Assembly: GCA_900551455.1 (NCBI GenBank)
Contig: URVV01000005.1
Span: 2,153 to 66,152 of the forward strand
Origin: an uncultured Mycoplasmatota bacterium
Lineage (GTDB): Bacteria > Bacillota_I > Bacilli_A > RF39 > UBA660
DNA: 64,000 bases
Reading direction: 5' to 3'
The notes under the pieces are model-generated. The model was not told the origin of the DNA, searched no databases, and saw only the letters and a list, made by a program, of their open reading frames with translations. This document shows positions 1 through 7,689 of the stretch, one piece after another; position 1 is the stretch's first letter; each line of letters starts with the position of its first letter. Made by a program: the position numbers and the translations under genes.

Positions 1-2
1 AC

Positions 3-899
3 TTATTATATGGAACAACCAAAGAACAAAACACCTACATTGTAAAAGATGGTGATACCATTGAATCAATTGCTAATGCCAATAAATTAAATGTTCAAGA
101 ATTTTTAATTGCTAATCCAGAATTTACCAGTGAAAACAACTTACTATATACTTCTCAAAAAGTAGTAGTTGGACTAATTAATCCTATAATTAGTATTGTC
201 GTAGAAAAACACTCTGTCAAAGATGAACCCCAGTCATATACTACAGAAATTAAATATGATAGTGAACTAGTAGTCGGATATTCATATACCGAAAGAGAAG
301 GGGAAAACGGTCTTGATAAAATAACAAGAAAATATCAATATATAAATGGTCAACTAGTAGACGTTGCCTTAGTAGGTAGCGTTGAAATAAAACCATCTGT
401 AAGTAAAATACTAGTAAAAGGAGATAAATATATTCCTAATGTTGCCGATTTATCATACTGGGCATGGCCAACAAAAAAACCATATACCATTACAACATAT
501 TACCAATACCGTTGGGGAGCATTTCACGCTGCCATAGATATTTACGTTGGTTTTGGTTCCCCAATATACGCTGCCAATAATGGTACTATTGCCGATGTTG
601 GTTCTGGCTGTGTACGTGGAGATACAAAATGTAATAACGGTCGAGGAAACTATATCATTATAAATCACAATATTGGTGGATATTACACTCAATATATGCA
701 CTTAAATTCAATAAACGTAAGAAAAGGTCAAACTGTATCTCGCAGTCAAAAAATAGCTACAATGGGTAATACCGGCTATGTTGTTCCCACTCCAGCATAT
801 GGATCATCTTCATACGCTGGAACCCACTTAGATTTTGGCGTATGGATTGGTGTTCCATATGGCGGTGGAACCCATATAAATCCATTTAGCTTATACTAA
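3..899 (+). CDS. Cell-wall hydrolase with LysM, G5 and M23/LytM peptidase domains; 5' end lies outside the window
   Basis: Frame 3 is open from the first base to TAA 897-899. The ORF track lists only the last Met-initiated 67 aa. The translation reads YIVKDGDTIESIANANKLNVQEFLIANP (LysM-like), then EREGENGLDKITRKYQYINGQLV...KPSVSKILVKG (G5-like), then WGAFHAAIDI...GTHLDFGVW (M23 metal-binding motifs). Confidence 0.85.
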   Translation, partial: LLYGTTKEQNTYIVKDGDTIESIANANKLNVQEFLIANPEFTSENNLLYTSQKVVVGLINPIISIVVEKHSVKDEPQSYTTEIKYDSELVVGYSYTEREGENGLDKITRKYQYINGQLVDVALVGSVEIKPSVSKILVKGDKYIPNVADLSYWAWPTKKPYTITTYYQYRWGAFHAAIDIYVGFGSPIYAANNGTIADVGSGCVRGDTKCNNGRGNYIIINHNIGGYYTQYMHLNSINVRKGQTVSRSQKIATMGNTGYVVPTPAYGSSSYAGTHLDFGVWIGVPYGGGTHINPFSLY

Positions 900-1657
900 T
901 GAACGTTTCAGTATTATCCAGTGGTAGTAAAGGGAACACTACCTATATTGAAAGTAAAAATGCCAAAATTCTTATTGATGCCGGTAACAGTAGCAAATAT
1001 ATCATTGAAAAATTACAAAAATTAAATATAAACCCCAATGAAATAGATGCCATTTTAATAACCCACGCTCACGTAGATCATATAAAAGGATTACAAGTTC
1101 TTTTAAAAAGAATTAATCCTTGCATCTATATGACAGAAAAGATGTACCCCTATCTAGACTATGTAAAAAATTATTGCTTTATCAAAGAATCAACTTTCAG
1201 TATTAAAGATCTAACCATTAATGTTATTAAAACATCTCACGATACTGAAGACTCTGTCGGATATATAGTTAACAACGACGATAAATCCATTGTATATATA
1301 ACCGATACGGGATATATAAACAACAAATACTTTGACATCCTAAGTAATAGAAACATCTATATAATGGAAAGCAATCACGATATAGAAATGCTAAACAACG
1401 GGAGATATCCATTCGAATTACGCCAAAGAATTCTTTCGGACAAAGGACATTTATCAAACTATGATTCCGCCAAATATTTATCAAAATTTATTGGAAATAA
1501 AACAAAATATATTCTTTTAGCCCATTTATCCGAAGAAAATAACACCAAAGAATTAGCCCTAGACACTCTAAATGAAAGGCTAAACAAAGAAAATATACAC
1601 ATTGATCACATCATAGTAACTAGTCAAAATAAAGAAACAGATTTAATAAGTATTTAA
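899..1657 (+). CDS. MBL-fold metallo-hydrolase, YycJ/WalJ-like
   Basis: HxHxDH motif (ITHAHVDHIKG). The N-terminus VLSSGSKGNTTYIE is typical of YycJ-type proteins. The ATG overlaps the upstream stop (TAATG). Confidence 0.85.
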   Translation: MNVSVLSSGSKGNTTYIESKNAKILIDAGNSSKYIIEKLQKLNINPNEIDAILITHAHVDHIKGLQVLLKRINPCIYMTEKMYPYLDYVKNYCFIKESTFSIKDLTINVIKTSHDTEDSVGYIVNNDDKSIVYITDTGYINNKYFDILSNRNIYIMESNHDIEMLNNGRYPFELRQRILSDKGHLSNYDSAKYLSKFIGNKTKYILLAHLSEENNTKELALDTLNERLNKENIHIDHIIVTSQNKETDLISI

Positions 1658-1769
1658 TTAAAACTTGAAAAAACTAATTAAATATGATATTCTATACATC
1701 AACTAATAAAATTATTTGTAATATTAACAAAAACACAAATATATCATAAAATAAACCAAGGAGGTACCT

Positions 1770-3023
1770 ATGCCTAAAATTAAAATTGAAGGCGGCCACA
1801 AATTAACTGGTTCCATTTCTGTAAGTGGAGCCAAAAATAGTGCTGTTGCCTTAATTCCGGCTTCTATCCTATGTGATGAAACCGTAACAATAAATAATAT
1901 TCCTGATATTACAGATGTTGATGACTTAGAGAAAATTCTAACTCACCTAAACGCTAAAATTAATCGTGAAAAAGGAAAAGTAGAAATAAATTCCAGTAAC
2001 ATTGTTAACAAAGAAATTACTCAAGAATTATCTAAAAAACTTCGTGCATCTTACTATTTTATGGGAGCCCTATTAGGAAAATTCAAAAAAGTAGATATGT
2101 ACTTTCCCGGAGGATGTGCCATTGGTGCTAGACCAATAAATCTCCATCTAAAAGGATTTGAGTTACTAGGAGCTAAAATAACTGAAGAAGATAATCACTT
2201 TATAATAGAAGCTGATAAATTAAGAGGAAACAACATCTATCTTGACTTTCCTAGTGTTGGAGCCACTATTAACATAATGCTAGCAGCTGTAAAAGCCAGA
2301 GGCAAAACTGTTATTGACAACGCTGCCCAAGAACCAGAAATAGTAAACATTGCTACCTTTCTAAACAATATGGGCGCTAAAATAAAAGGAGCTGGTACCA
2401 GTACAATTACCATAATAGGTGTTAAATACCTACATAGTTGCTTTCACGAAGTAATACCAGATCGAATTGAAGCTGGAACATATTTAATAATTGGAGCCTT
2501 ACTAGGTAAGAAATTAAAAATAGATAATATGATACCAAGCCATCTAGAAGCCCTAATTGCCAAATTAACAGAATGTGGAGTAAATATGGAAATAGGACTA
2601 GATAATATCATTATTAACGATACTAACGAATACCTTTCAACTAATATAAAAACCTTAGTATATCCAGGATTTGCTACCGATTTGCAACAAATAATGGCTA
2701 CCTTTTTAACCCAATGCCACGGACGTAGCGTCATTGAAGAAACTATCTATGAAAACAGATTTCAAAATTTAAAAGAACTAGATAGAATGGGTGCCAATAC
2801 TAAAGTTAGAAAAGATAACCGAAAAGCCGTTATCAAAGGTAAAACCCCACTAAAAGGAACTGCCGTAACCGCTACAGACCTAAGAGGAGGAGCCTCACTA
2901 TTAATAGCTGGTCTAATAGCAGAAGGTACAACTACCATTGATAATATCTCCTATATCCTAAGAGGATACGACAAAATAATTGAGAAATTAACTAAAGTTG
3001 GTGCTAAAATAGAAATAATATAA
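1770..3023 (+). CDS. murA: UDP-N-acetylglucosamine 1-carboxyvinyltransferase
   Basis: N-terminus MPKIKIEGGHKLTGSISVSGAKNSAVALIPASIL. Active-site loop FPGGCAIGARPINLHLKG. RBS AAGGAGG at 1758-1764. Its position next to rpmE matches the murAB-type context in Bacillus. Confidence 0.95.
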   Translation: MPKIKIEGGHKLTGSISVSGAKNSAVALIPASILCDETVTINNIPDITDVDDLEKILTHLNAKINREKGKVEINSSNIVNKEITQELSKKLRASYYFMGALLGKFKKVDMYFPGGCAIGARPINLHLKGFELLGAKITEEDNHFIIEADKLRGNNIYLDFPSVGATINIMLAAVKARGKTVIDNAAQEPEIVNIATFLNNMGAKIKGAGTSTITIIGVKYLHSCFHEVIPDRIEAGTYLIIGALLGKKLKIDNMIPSHLEALIAKLTECGVNMEIGLDNIIINDTNEYLSTNIKTLVYPGFATDLQQIMATFLTQCHGRSVIEETIYENRFQNLKELDRMGANTKVRKDNRKAVIKGKTPLKGTAVTATDLRGGASLLIAGLIAEGTTTIDNISYILRGYDKIIEKLTKVGAKIEII

Positions 3024-3044
3024 TATTATTAAGTAGTGATGTCT

Positions 3045-3692
3045 ATGAAAAAAATAATGTTAATATTATTTCTTTTTCTATCAGTATTTACCTGTTATAT
3101 AACCTATAAACTAACTATTAATAAAACTCCATATTATCTATCAATAGGTGATAAAGTAGCAGATAATCCCTATCTTCTAAACAATCCCCAAATAATCTAT
3201 AATAACTGTTTTATTAATAAAGACTACCGTATCATAGATTTAGTTAATACTATAAAATATAATGAAGAAATAGAAATAGACAACAAACTCATATCTATCC
3301 ATCAATTATTAAAAAAATCAGATATCCTAATTCTCTCTATTGGAAATAACGATATCTATAGCAAAATAAATACAGATACAAAAGAAATATACACCTATTT
3401 AAATAAAATGATAAATGACACAGAATACATCTTAGATGAGATAAATCGTTATGATTACCAAAGAGTATATGTTCTAGGATACTATAACATAACCCTAAAA
3501 AATAACGATCTATTTACTTATATAAATTTTAAATTAAAGAAAATAACGGAAGCAAGGAATTATACCTTTATAGACTTAAATAACCTCATAAAGAATAATC
3601 CCAAATATCTAATTAAAGAAAACAATTATCTCTTAAATGAATCAGGTTATCGTATAATTTATAATATCTTAAAAGAAAATAACAATTTATAG
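3045..3692 (+). CDS. Membrane-anchored protein, possibly a degenerate SGNH/GDSL-fold hydrolase
   Basis: N-terminal TM segment (KKIMLILFLFLSVFTCYITY). LSIGDK and ILSIGNNDIY resemble SGNH blocks I and III, but the block I serine is absent. The start is ambiguous (GTG 3036, ATG 3039 or ATG 3045) and there is no good RBS. Confidence 0.45.
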   Translation: MKKIMLILFLFLSVFTCYITYKLTINKTPYYLSIGDKVADNPYLLNNPQIIYNNCFINKDYRIIDLVNTIKYNEEIEIDNKLISIHQLLKKSDILILSIGNNDIYSKINTDTKEIYTYLNKMINDTEYILDEINRYDYQRVYVLGYYNITLKNNDLFTYINFKLKKITEARNYTFIDLNNLIKNNPKYLIKENNYLLNESGYRIIYNILKENNNL

Positions 3693-3721
3693 TTGAAATT
3701 TAAAAAAAATATTGATATAAT
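3693..3721 (+). promoter_or_regulatory. Sigma-A type promoter for rpmE
   Basis: TTGAAA (3693-3698), a 17-nt spacer, then TATAAT (3716-3721) with an upstream TG (extended -10). Confidence 0.6.
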
Positions 3722-3776
3722 ATACTTTGAATTTATTACTATGACTTACTTTTGTCATGGCGAAAGGAGAAATAAT

Positions 3777-3980
3777 ATGAAAAAGAATATTCATCCAGAA
3801 TATGTCGAAGCTACTGTAACTTGTGCATGCGGTAATACCTTTAAAACTAAATCTAATAAAAAAGATATCAGCGTTGAAGTATGCTCAGCATGTCATCCAT
3901 TTTATACGGGTACACAAAATAATACTACAAGAAAAGGACAAGTAGATAAGTTTAACAAAAAATATGGTTTTACAAAATAA
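3777..3980 (+). CDS. rpmE: 50S ribosomal protein L31 (Zn-ribbon type)
   Basis: [29 protein letters not shown]...[20 protein letters not shown] lies 7 nt upstream of ATG 3777. The track ORF starting at 3693 is an artefactual N-terminal extension that runs through the promoter. Confidence 0.95.
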   Translation: MKKNIHPEYVEATVTCACGNTFKTKSNKKDISVEVCSACHPFYTGTQNNTTRKGQVDKFNKKYGFTK

Positions 3981-3990
3981 AAAGCCTTAA

Positions 3991-4018
3991 AAATCATAAC
4001 TTCAGTTATGATTTTTTT
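3991..4018 (+). terminator. Rho-independent terminator of rpmE
   Basis: Perfect 10-bp stem AAATCATAAC / GTTATGATTT, loop TTCA, followed by a T-run. Confidence 0.85.
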
Positions 4019-4050
4019 CTATTAAACAGTTATGATTTTTTTCTATTAAA
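4003..4050. repeat. Perfect 24-bp tandem duplication (2 copies) covering the 3' half of the rpmE terminator
   Basis: CAGTTATGATTTTTTTCTATTAAA occurs at 4003-4026 and again at 4027-4050. Confidence 0.95.
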
Positions 4051-4057
4051 TAGTTAG

Positions 4058-4086
4058 TTGACAATCATAAATATTTTCTTTATAAT
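4058..4086 (+). promoter_or_regulatory. Consensus sigma-A promoter for the first island gene
   Basis: TTGACA (4058-4063), exactly 17 nt, then TATAAT (4081-4086). RBS AGGAGG at 4097-4102. Confidence 0.7.
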
Positions 4087-4107
4087 AATAACTATCAGGA
4101 GGTTCAT

Positions 4108-4938
4108 ATGAAAAAGAAAAAAATTTATTGCCTAATATTAAATGGTTGTCTAGATGTTACAACTCATCCCGTTGCATTAGAACCATTCAGTGTTATGCGT
4201 GACGTTTTAAGAAAGGAATATACTAATTTAGAAACTATTGAAGAAGATTTTATGGAATTAGACAACAAAATTACTATCGGTAATACCTGTTGGCTAGTAG
4301 AAGGATCATTTCCAGTTTTTGCTTACGAAATAGCAGGTAAATTATATGATTGTGTTACTTGTAAAGAAATAAAATATTCCAGCAAAAATATTGAAGTAAG
4401 AGGATTAAGCTACGAAAAATTAATTCCTGTAGCTCCAAGAATGGCAGATTATATGCTAAGAAAATTAGAGCAAGATGAAGAAGCAATCAACAGATATGTT
4501 GAAAGAATAACATCTCTAGAAGAATTCTTAATGTCAGTATACGACGGTTATTATCCAAAGTATAAATACTATCGCTTAAATCCAAATAATTACAATTACG
4601 GAGTAATGCCACCAATTAATGCTAGAATAGTAAATGGTACAATGATCGACTTAATTACCAAGACACCACTATATAAAATTAAAGAAAATGAAATAACTCC
4701 CGACTTATCTTATCGTAGTAGTGAAAAAATTACCGAAGAAAATGCTTGGTATAATGTTGATTGGTTAAGACGTACCCCAGATACAGATGATATTATCGCT
4801 TATCAAGATGGTATTAACGAAGCAAAGAAGAACAATATAAGAAGATATAATAATTACAAAACAAGCAACAAAGACAAAAACTTTGAAGAAAGAGTAGAAT
4901 TAGGTAACCATTACAAAAAAAGAACTCGTAAAATATAA
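4108..4938 (+). CDS. Hypothetical protein (276 aa) whose ancestral C-terminal SEC-C motif is cut off by stop codons
   Basis: Strong promoter and RBS. I recognise no domain in the body. The reading frame continues into a SEC-C motif after TAA 4936 and TAA 4948. Confidence 0.75.
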   Translation: MKKKKIYCLILNGCLDVTTHPVALEPFSVMRDVLRKEYTNLETIEEDFMELDNKITIGNTCWLVEGSFPVFAYEIAGKLYDCVTCKEIKYSSKNIEVRGLSYEKLIPVAPRMADYMLRKLEQDEEAINRYVERITSLEEFLMSVYDGYYPKYKYYRLNPNNYNYGVMPPINARIVNGTMIDLITKTPLYKIKENEITPDLSYRSSEKITEENAWYNVDWLRRTPDTDDIIAYQDGINEAKKNNIRRYNNYKTSNKDKNFEERVELGNHYKKRTRKI

Positions 4939-4950
4939 AACATAGATTAA

Positions 4951-5004
4951 AGACACTGTCCATGTGGGAGTGGACGCAAGTATAAAATGTGTTGTGGAAA
5001 ATAA
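4951..5004 (+). pseudogene. Detached SEC-C metal-binding tail (RHCPCGSGRKYKMCCGK*), in frame with 4108-4938
   Basis: tgt cca tgt ggg agt gga cgc aag tat aaa atg tgt tgt gga aaa taa. It is in the same frame (mod 3) as the upstream ORF and is separated from it only by TAA-AAC-ATA-GAT-TAA. Confidence 0.7.
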
Positions 5005-5044
5005 GCTCGTAAACCCTTATAAATAAAGGGCTTGCGAGCTTTTT
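5005..5044 (+). terminator. Rho-independent terminator (module copy 1)
   Basis: GCTCGTAAACCC / GGGCTTGCGAGC stem followed by TTTTT. Confidence 0.8.
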
Positions 5045-5086
5045 ACTACTTACAATTTTTAAGTAATTTTACCTTAAAAAAGGCGG

Positions 5087-5108
5087 TTAGATAAGTTTTA
5101 GATAAGTT
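5087..5108 (+). repeat. Tandem dimer TTAGATAAGTT-TTAGATAAGTT (11-bp period)
   Basis: Two exact 11-mers placed head to tail, about 38 bp upstream of the -10 element of the next operon. Confidence 0.9.
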
Positions 5109-5142
5109 TTTTTGTCATATTCACGATAAAAATGAATTAATA

Positions 5143-5151
5143 TGTTATAAT
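5143..5151 (+). promoter_or_regulatory. Extended -10 promoter (TGTTATAAT) of the shared promoter/RBS module
   Basis: ATGTTATAATTAATATAGGAGTGATA. It is nearly identical to the module at 7661-7686. Confidence 0.6.
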
Positions 5152-5170
5152 TAATATAGGAGTGATACTT

Positions 5171-6526
5171 GTGGGATGGAGATTAAGAAAAAGCATTAAC
5201 TTGGGCTTTGGTTTTAGAATTAATTTAAGTAAGTCTGGAATAGGATATAGTTGGGGCTTTCCTGGATATAGAACAACTAAATTAGCAAATGGTGGTACAA
5301 GACAGACTTATTCTATTCCAGGAACTGGCGTTTCGTATGTTGAGCAACAGGGCGGAAGGAAAAATAATAATTCAGAATATCACGAAGAATCAAAATTGAT
5401 TACTGGAGATACAGAATTATTTCAAAATGTTCCTATTGAGGATATAAGAAAAAATGATCCAATATTAAAAGAAATTAATAGAGTAGTGTTCGTTAATAGA
5501 TTAGCAAATCTATCATTATTTCTAACATTATTTGTTTTAGTTAATCCAGCTTTTAGTTTGGCATTTTTTGCAGGAATAACTTTAAAAATATTAATAACTA
5601 CAACTATGAAAATAAAATTATATTATGAGTTTGATGATGAAAGTAGAAAAATGTATAATTCTCTAAAAGAAATATGGATTACATTATCTCAAAATAGAAA
5701 ATTATGGCAAATCAATTCAAGTACAAGAGTTTTTAATACAAAATATAATGCGGGTGCTGGAAATAATGTTGATAGAAACAATGCTTTTGTTATGAGTAAG
5801 TTGCCTTCTTTTATTAAAGCAAATATTGATATTTATGGTTTAAATTTAAGAAATCAAAAAATGTATTTTACACCAGACAGAATTTTAGTATTTAAACCTT
5901 TTAGAAAAGTATTTGGATGCACATATAGAGATATGTTTTTAGGTATTTCTTCACAAAGATTTGTTGAAAGTGAAAGACTTTATAAAGATACTGAGGTTGT
6001 TGATTATGCATGGAGATACACAAATAAGGATGGTTCCAGAGATTTAAGATTTAACAATAATAGAAAATATCCTGTTTGTAGATATGGTGAATTAACAATA
6101 AAATCACCTAATGGAATTCATACAGTAATTGAGTTTTCAAATCATGAATTAGCATATGATATCCAAAATAAACTTGTTTTATTTGGAAACCAATTTAATA
6201 AAATATTAGAATCAACTAAAAAGGATGAAGCATTGAAAGATGAAAACGAAGCTAAATCATTTGAAGTGGTAGAAAAAAAGAAAATTGATAATATAGATAG
6301 TATAATTGATGATACTGATTTTGATCCTATTTACAAAGATGTTCTAGAATTTGTAATATCGAGTGGAAAAGTTTCTGCATCCTTACTTCAAAGAAGATTT
6401 AAACTTGGATATAATAGAGCATGTCGTATAATTGATCATATGGAAGAGCAGGGAATAGTAGGACCACAAAATGGTTCAAAACCTAGAGATGTTCTCGTTA
6501 AAGTATCTGAAGAGGATGGTGAATAG
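5171..6526 (+). CDS. DUF4236-like N-terminus, TM segment, and a C-terminal FtsK-gamma-like winged-helix domain
   Basis: After GTG 5171 (8 nt from AGGAG) the protein reads GWRLRKSINLGFGFRINLSKSGIGYSWGFPGYR...PGTGVSY (DUF4236 pattern). A hydrophobic segment follows (LSLFLTLFVLVNPAFSLAFFAGITL). The C-terminus DPIYKDVLEFVISSGKVSASLLQRRFKLGYNRACRIIDHMEEQGIVGPQNGSKPRDVLV matches the FtsK/SpoIIIE gamma-domain pattern. Confidence 0.75.
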   Translation: MGWRLRKSINLGFGFRINLSKSGIGYSWGFPGYRTTKLANGGTRQTYSIPGTGVSYVEQQGGRKNNNSEYHEESKLITGDTELFQNVPIEDIRKNDPILKEINRVVFVNRLANLSLFLTLFVLVNPAFSLAFFAGITLKILITTTMKIKLYYEFDDESRKMYNSLKEIWITLSQNRKLWQINSSTRVFNTKYNAGAGNNVDRNNAFVMSKLPSFIKANIDIYGLNLRNQKMYFTPDRILVFKPFRKVFGCTYRDMFLGISSQRFVESERLYKDTEVVDYAWRYTNKDGSRDLRFNNNRKYPVCRYGELTIKSPNGIHTVIEFSNHELAYDIQNKLVLFGNQFNKILESTKKDEALKDENEAKSFEVVEKKKIDNIDSIIDDTDFDPIYKDVLEFVISSGKVSASLLQRRFKLGYNRACRIIDHMEEQGIVGPQNGSKPRDVLVKVSEEDGE

Positions 6527-6527
6527 T

Positions 6528-7226
6528 ATGAAGTATTGTGTATATTGTGGCCATCAAGTTGATAAAAATGCAAAAGAATGTCCATATTGTTTTGAAGATA
6601 TTTCTGAAGAAGAAACTGAAAAGATGTACCATTCAAATATAGAATGTATCAAGTGTGGCTCCAAAAATGTTGATTATGAAATTAAAAGAAAAAATAGAAG
6701 AAAAATAGTGTATGAAGAACAAATATATACATGTAAGGATTGTGGTAAACAATTTAAGGATAAAAATAGATTAGGTTATAGTTTTAATAATAATCCACAA
6801 ATTATATTAAATGGAGCACAAAAAAAATTAATTAAATGGATATTTATTTTTATAATTGCTGGTACTATTTCATATACTATAATAAATAACAGAAAAGTAG
6901 AAGAAGATAATTGGGTAAAAATGGATTGTACAGGACTTCCAACAATGACTTTTAAACAAATTAAAGAAGGTGCTCCTTATGATGATGAAAAGTACAAAGG
7001 AAATTCATATATATTTACTACTACTATTCAAGAGATAAAGAACAATGAAATTATTACTCCAATTGAACCTGATGATTATACAGGATCATATATTAAAGTA
7101 AATAAATCTGAATTAGAAAAGCTATCTTTTTATAAAGAAGGAGATACAATTACTTTCTGTGGTACGGTTAAAAAGATAAGCATGTATCATAAAGTATATG
7201 TAGAAAATGCTACTATAATTAAATAA
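6528..7226 (+). CDS. Double zinc-ribbon membrane protein with an extracytoplasmic C-terminal domain
   Basis: CVYCGHQ...CPYC and CIKCGS...CKDCG (two CxxC pairs each), then a TM segment (WIFIFIIAGTISYTIIN). ATG 6528 lies 1 nt after the upstream TAG, with RBS GAGGATGG, so the two genes are probably translationally coupled. Confidence 0.75.
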   Translation: MKYCVYCGHQVDKNAKECPYCFEDISEEETEKMYHSNIECIKCGSKNVDYEIKRKNRRKIVYEEQIYTCKDCGKQFKDKNRLGYSFNNNPQIILNGAQKKLIKWIFIFIIAGTISYTIINNRKVEEDNWVKMDCTGLPTMTFKQIKEGAPYDDEKYKGNSYIFTTTIQEIKNNEIITPIEPDDYTGSYIKVNKSELEKLSFYKEGDTITFCGTVKKISMYHKVYVENATIIK

Positions 7227-7241
7227 TATAAATCAAAATTT

Positions 7242-7264
7242 TTAGATAAGTTATTAGATAAGTT
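7242..7264 (+). repeat. Tandem dimer TTAGATAAGTT-a-TTAGATAAGTT (12-bp period)
   Basis: Exact 11-mers at 7242-7252 and 7254-7264. Confidence 0.9.
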
Positions 7265-7265
7265 G

Positions 7266-7298
7266 TTGAATAAAAAATTACAATTATTGAATAAAAAA
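7266..7298 (+). repeat. Direct repeat TTGAATAAAAAA x2 (21-bp period)
   Basis: Copies at 7266-7277 and 7287-7298. The sequence is low complexity. Confidence 0.6.
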
Positions 7299-7310
7299 GT
7301 ATTAATTTAA

Positions 7311-7409
7311 AATAAAAAAAGCCAATTTAAACGGAAAGAATTACTCAGTTGTTTTAATATTTTACCTTGTGGCTCAGGACGCAAATATAAACAATGTTGT
7401 GGTAAATAA
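7311..7409 (+). pseudogene. Orphan 3' fragment of a SEC-C-motif gene (NKKSQFKRKELLSCFNILPCGSGRKYKQCCGK*)
   Basis: There is no start codon or RBS, and a stop lies immediately upstream (TAA 7308-7310). The PCGSGRKYKQCCGK motif is followed by a terminator homologous to the one at 5005-5044. Confidence 0.7.
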
Positions 7410-7449
7410 GCCCGCGAACCCGTATAAAATAAGGGATTGCGGGTTTTTC
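7410..7449 (+). terminator. Rho-independent terminator (module copy 2)
   Basis: GCCCGCGAACCC / GGGATTGCGGGT stem followed by TTTTT. The stem differs from copy 1 by paired (compensatory) changes. Confidence 0.8.
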
Positions 7450-7491
7450 TATGATTACAATATTTAGGTAATTTTAGACATGTCTTTTGTC

Positions 7492-7513
7492 TTAGATACG
7501 TTTTAGATACTCT
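7492..7513 (+). repeat. Tandem dimer TTAGATACGTT-TTAGATACtct (11-bp period)
   Basis: Units at 7492-7502 and 7503-7513. Confidence 0.85.
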
Positions 7514-7586
7514 TAAAAAGCATTGCAAACCATTATAAAATAAGGATAAAAAGTATATTGAAGTATAATTTTGAAATTGAATTCAA

Positions 7587-7608
7587 AACGTATCTAAAAC
7601 TTATCTAA
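7587..7608 (-). repeat. Inverted tandem dimer (reverse complement reads TTAGATAAGTT-TTAGATACGTT)
   Basis: The plus strand reads AACGTATCTAA-AACTTATCTAA. It forms an inverted repeat with 7492-7513 across a 73-bp spacer. Confidence 0.85.
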
Positions 7609-7661
7609 ATTGTAATTTATTATTCAAAAGTTGTAATAATCAAAATTATACCAATAATTTA

Positions 7662-7670
7662 TGTTATAAT
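7662..7670 (+). promoter_or_regulatory. Extended -10 promoter (TGTTATAAT), second copy of the promoter/RBS module
   Basis: ATGTTATAATTTATATAGGAGTTGATA, followed by ATG 7690. Confidence 0.6.
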
Positions 7671-7689
7671 TTATATAGGAGTTGATAAG

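Noticed and set aside
2444-2734. Antisense or embedded ORFs inside well-supported genes. Examples are 453-701, 1269-1484, 2444-2734, 7914-8102, 8466-8669, 12446-12730, 23427-23723, 23626-23823, 24819-25133, 25461-25703, 29063-29341, 29864-30046, 30236-30571, 31238-31453, 32395-32610, 33548-33736, 41253-41495, 42219-42416, 43894-44115, 44939-45157, 51568-51849, 52147-52341, 53635-53949, 60030-60236, 62174-62401, 62711-62914 and 63739-63942.
   Set aside because: Each is fully nested opposite or out of frame within a gene with clear family motifs. None has a Shine-Dalgarno sequence, and all translate to low-complexity or hydrophobic nonsense. I treat them as shadow ORFs.
3693-3776. 28-codon N-terminal extension of rpmE in the ORF track.
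   Set aside because: The extension runs through the rpmE promoter (TTGAAA, 17 nt, TATAAT). The RBS AAAGGAG sits directly before the internal ATG 3777, which yields a canonical 67-aa L31.
7307-7528. 73-aa minus-strand ORF in the island.
   Set aside because: It lies antisense across the SEC-C fragment, the terminator hairpin and a TTAGATAC dimer. It has no RBS and a composition typical of chance ORFs. The plus-strand features explain the region better.
7492-7608. Inverted TTAGATA dimers flanking 73 bp, considered as an invertible promoter switch.
   Set aside because: The 73-bp spacer is much shorter than known invertible segments. It carries no convincing outward promoter, and no invertase is nearby. 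The repeats are kept only as part of the general repeat finding.
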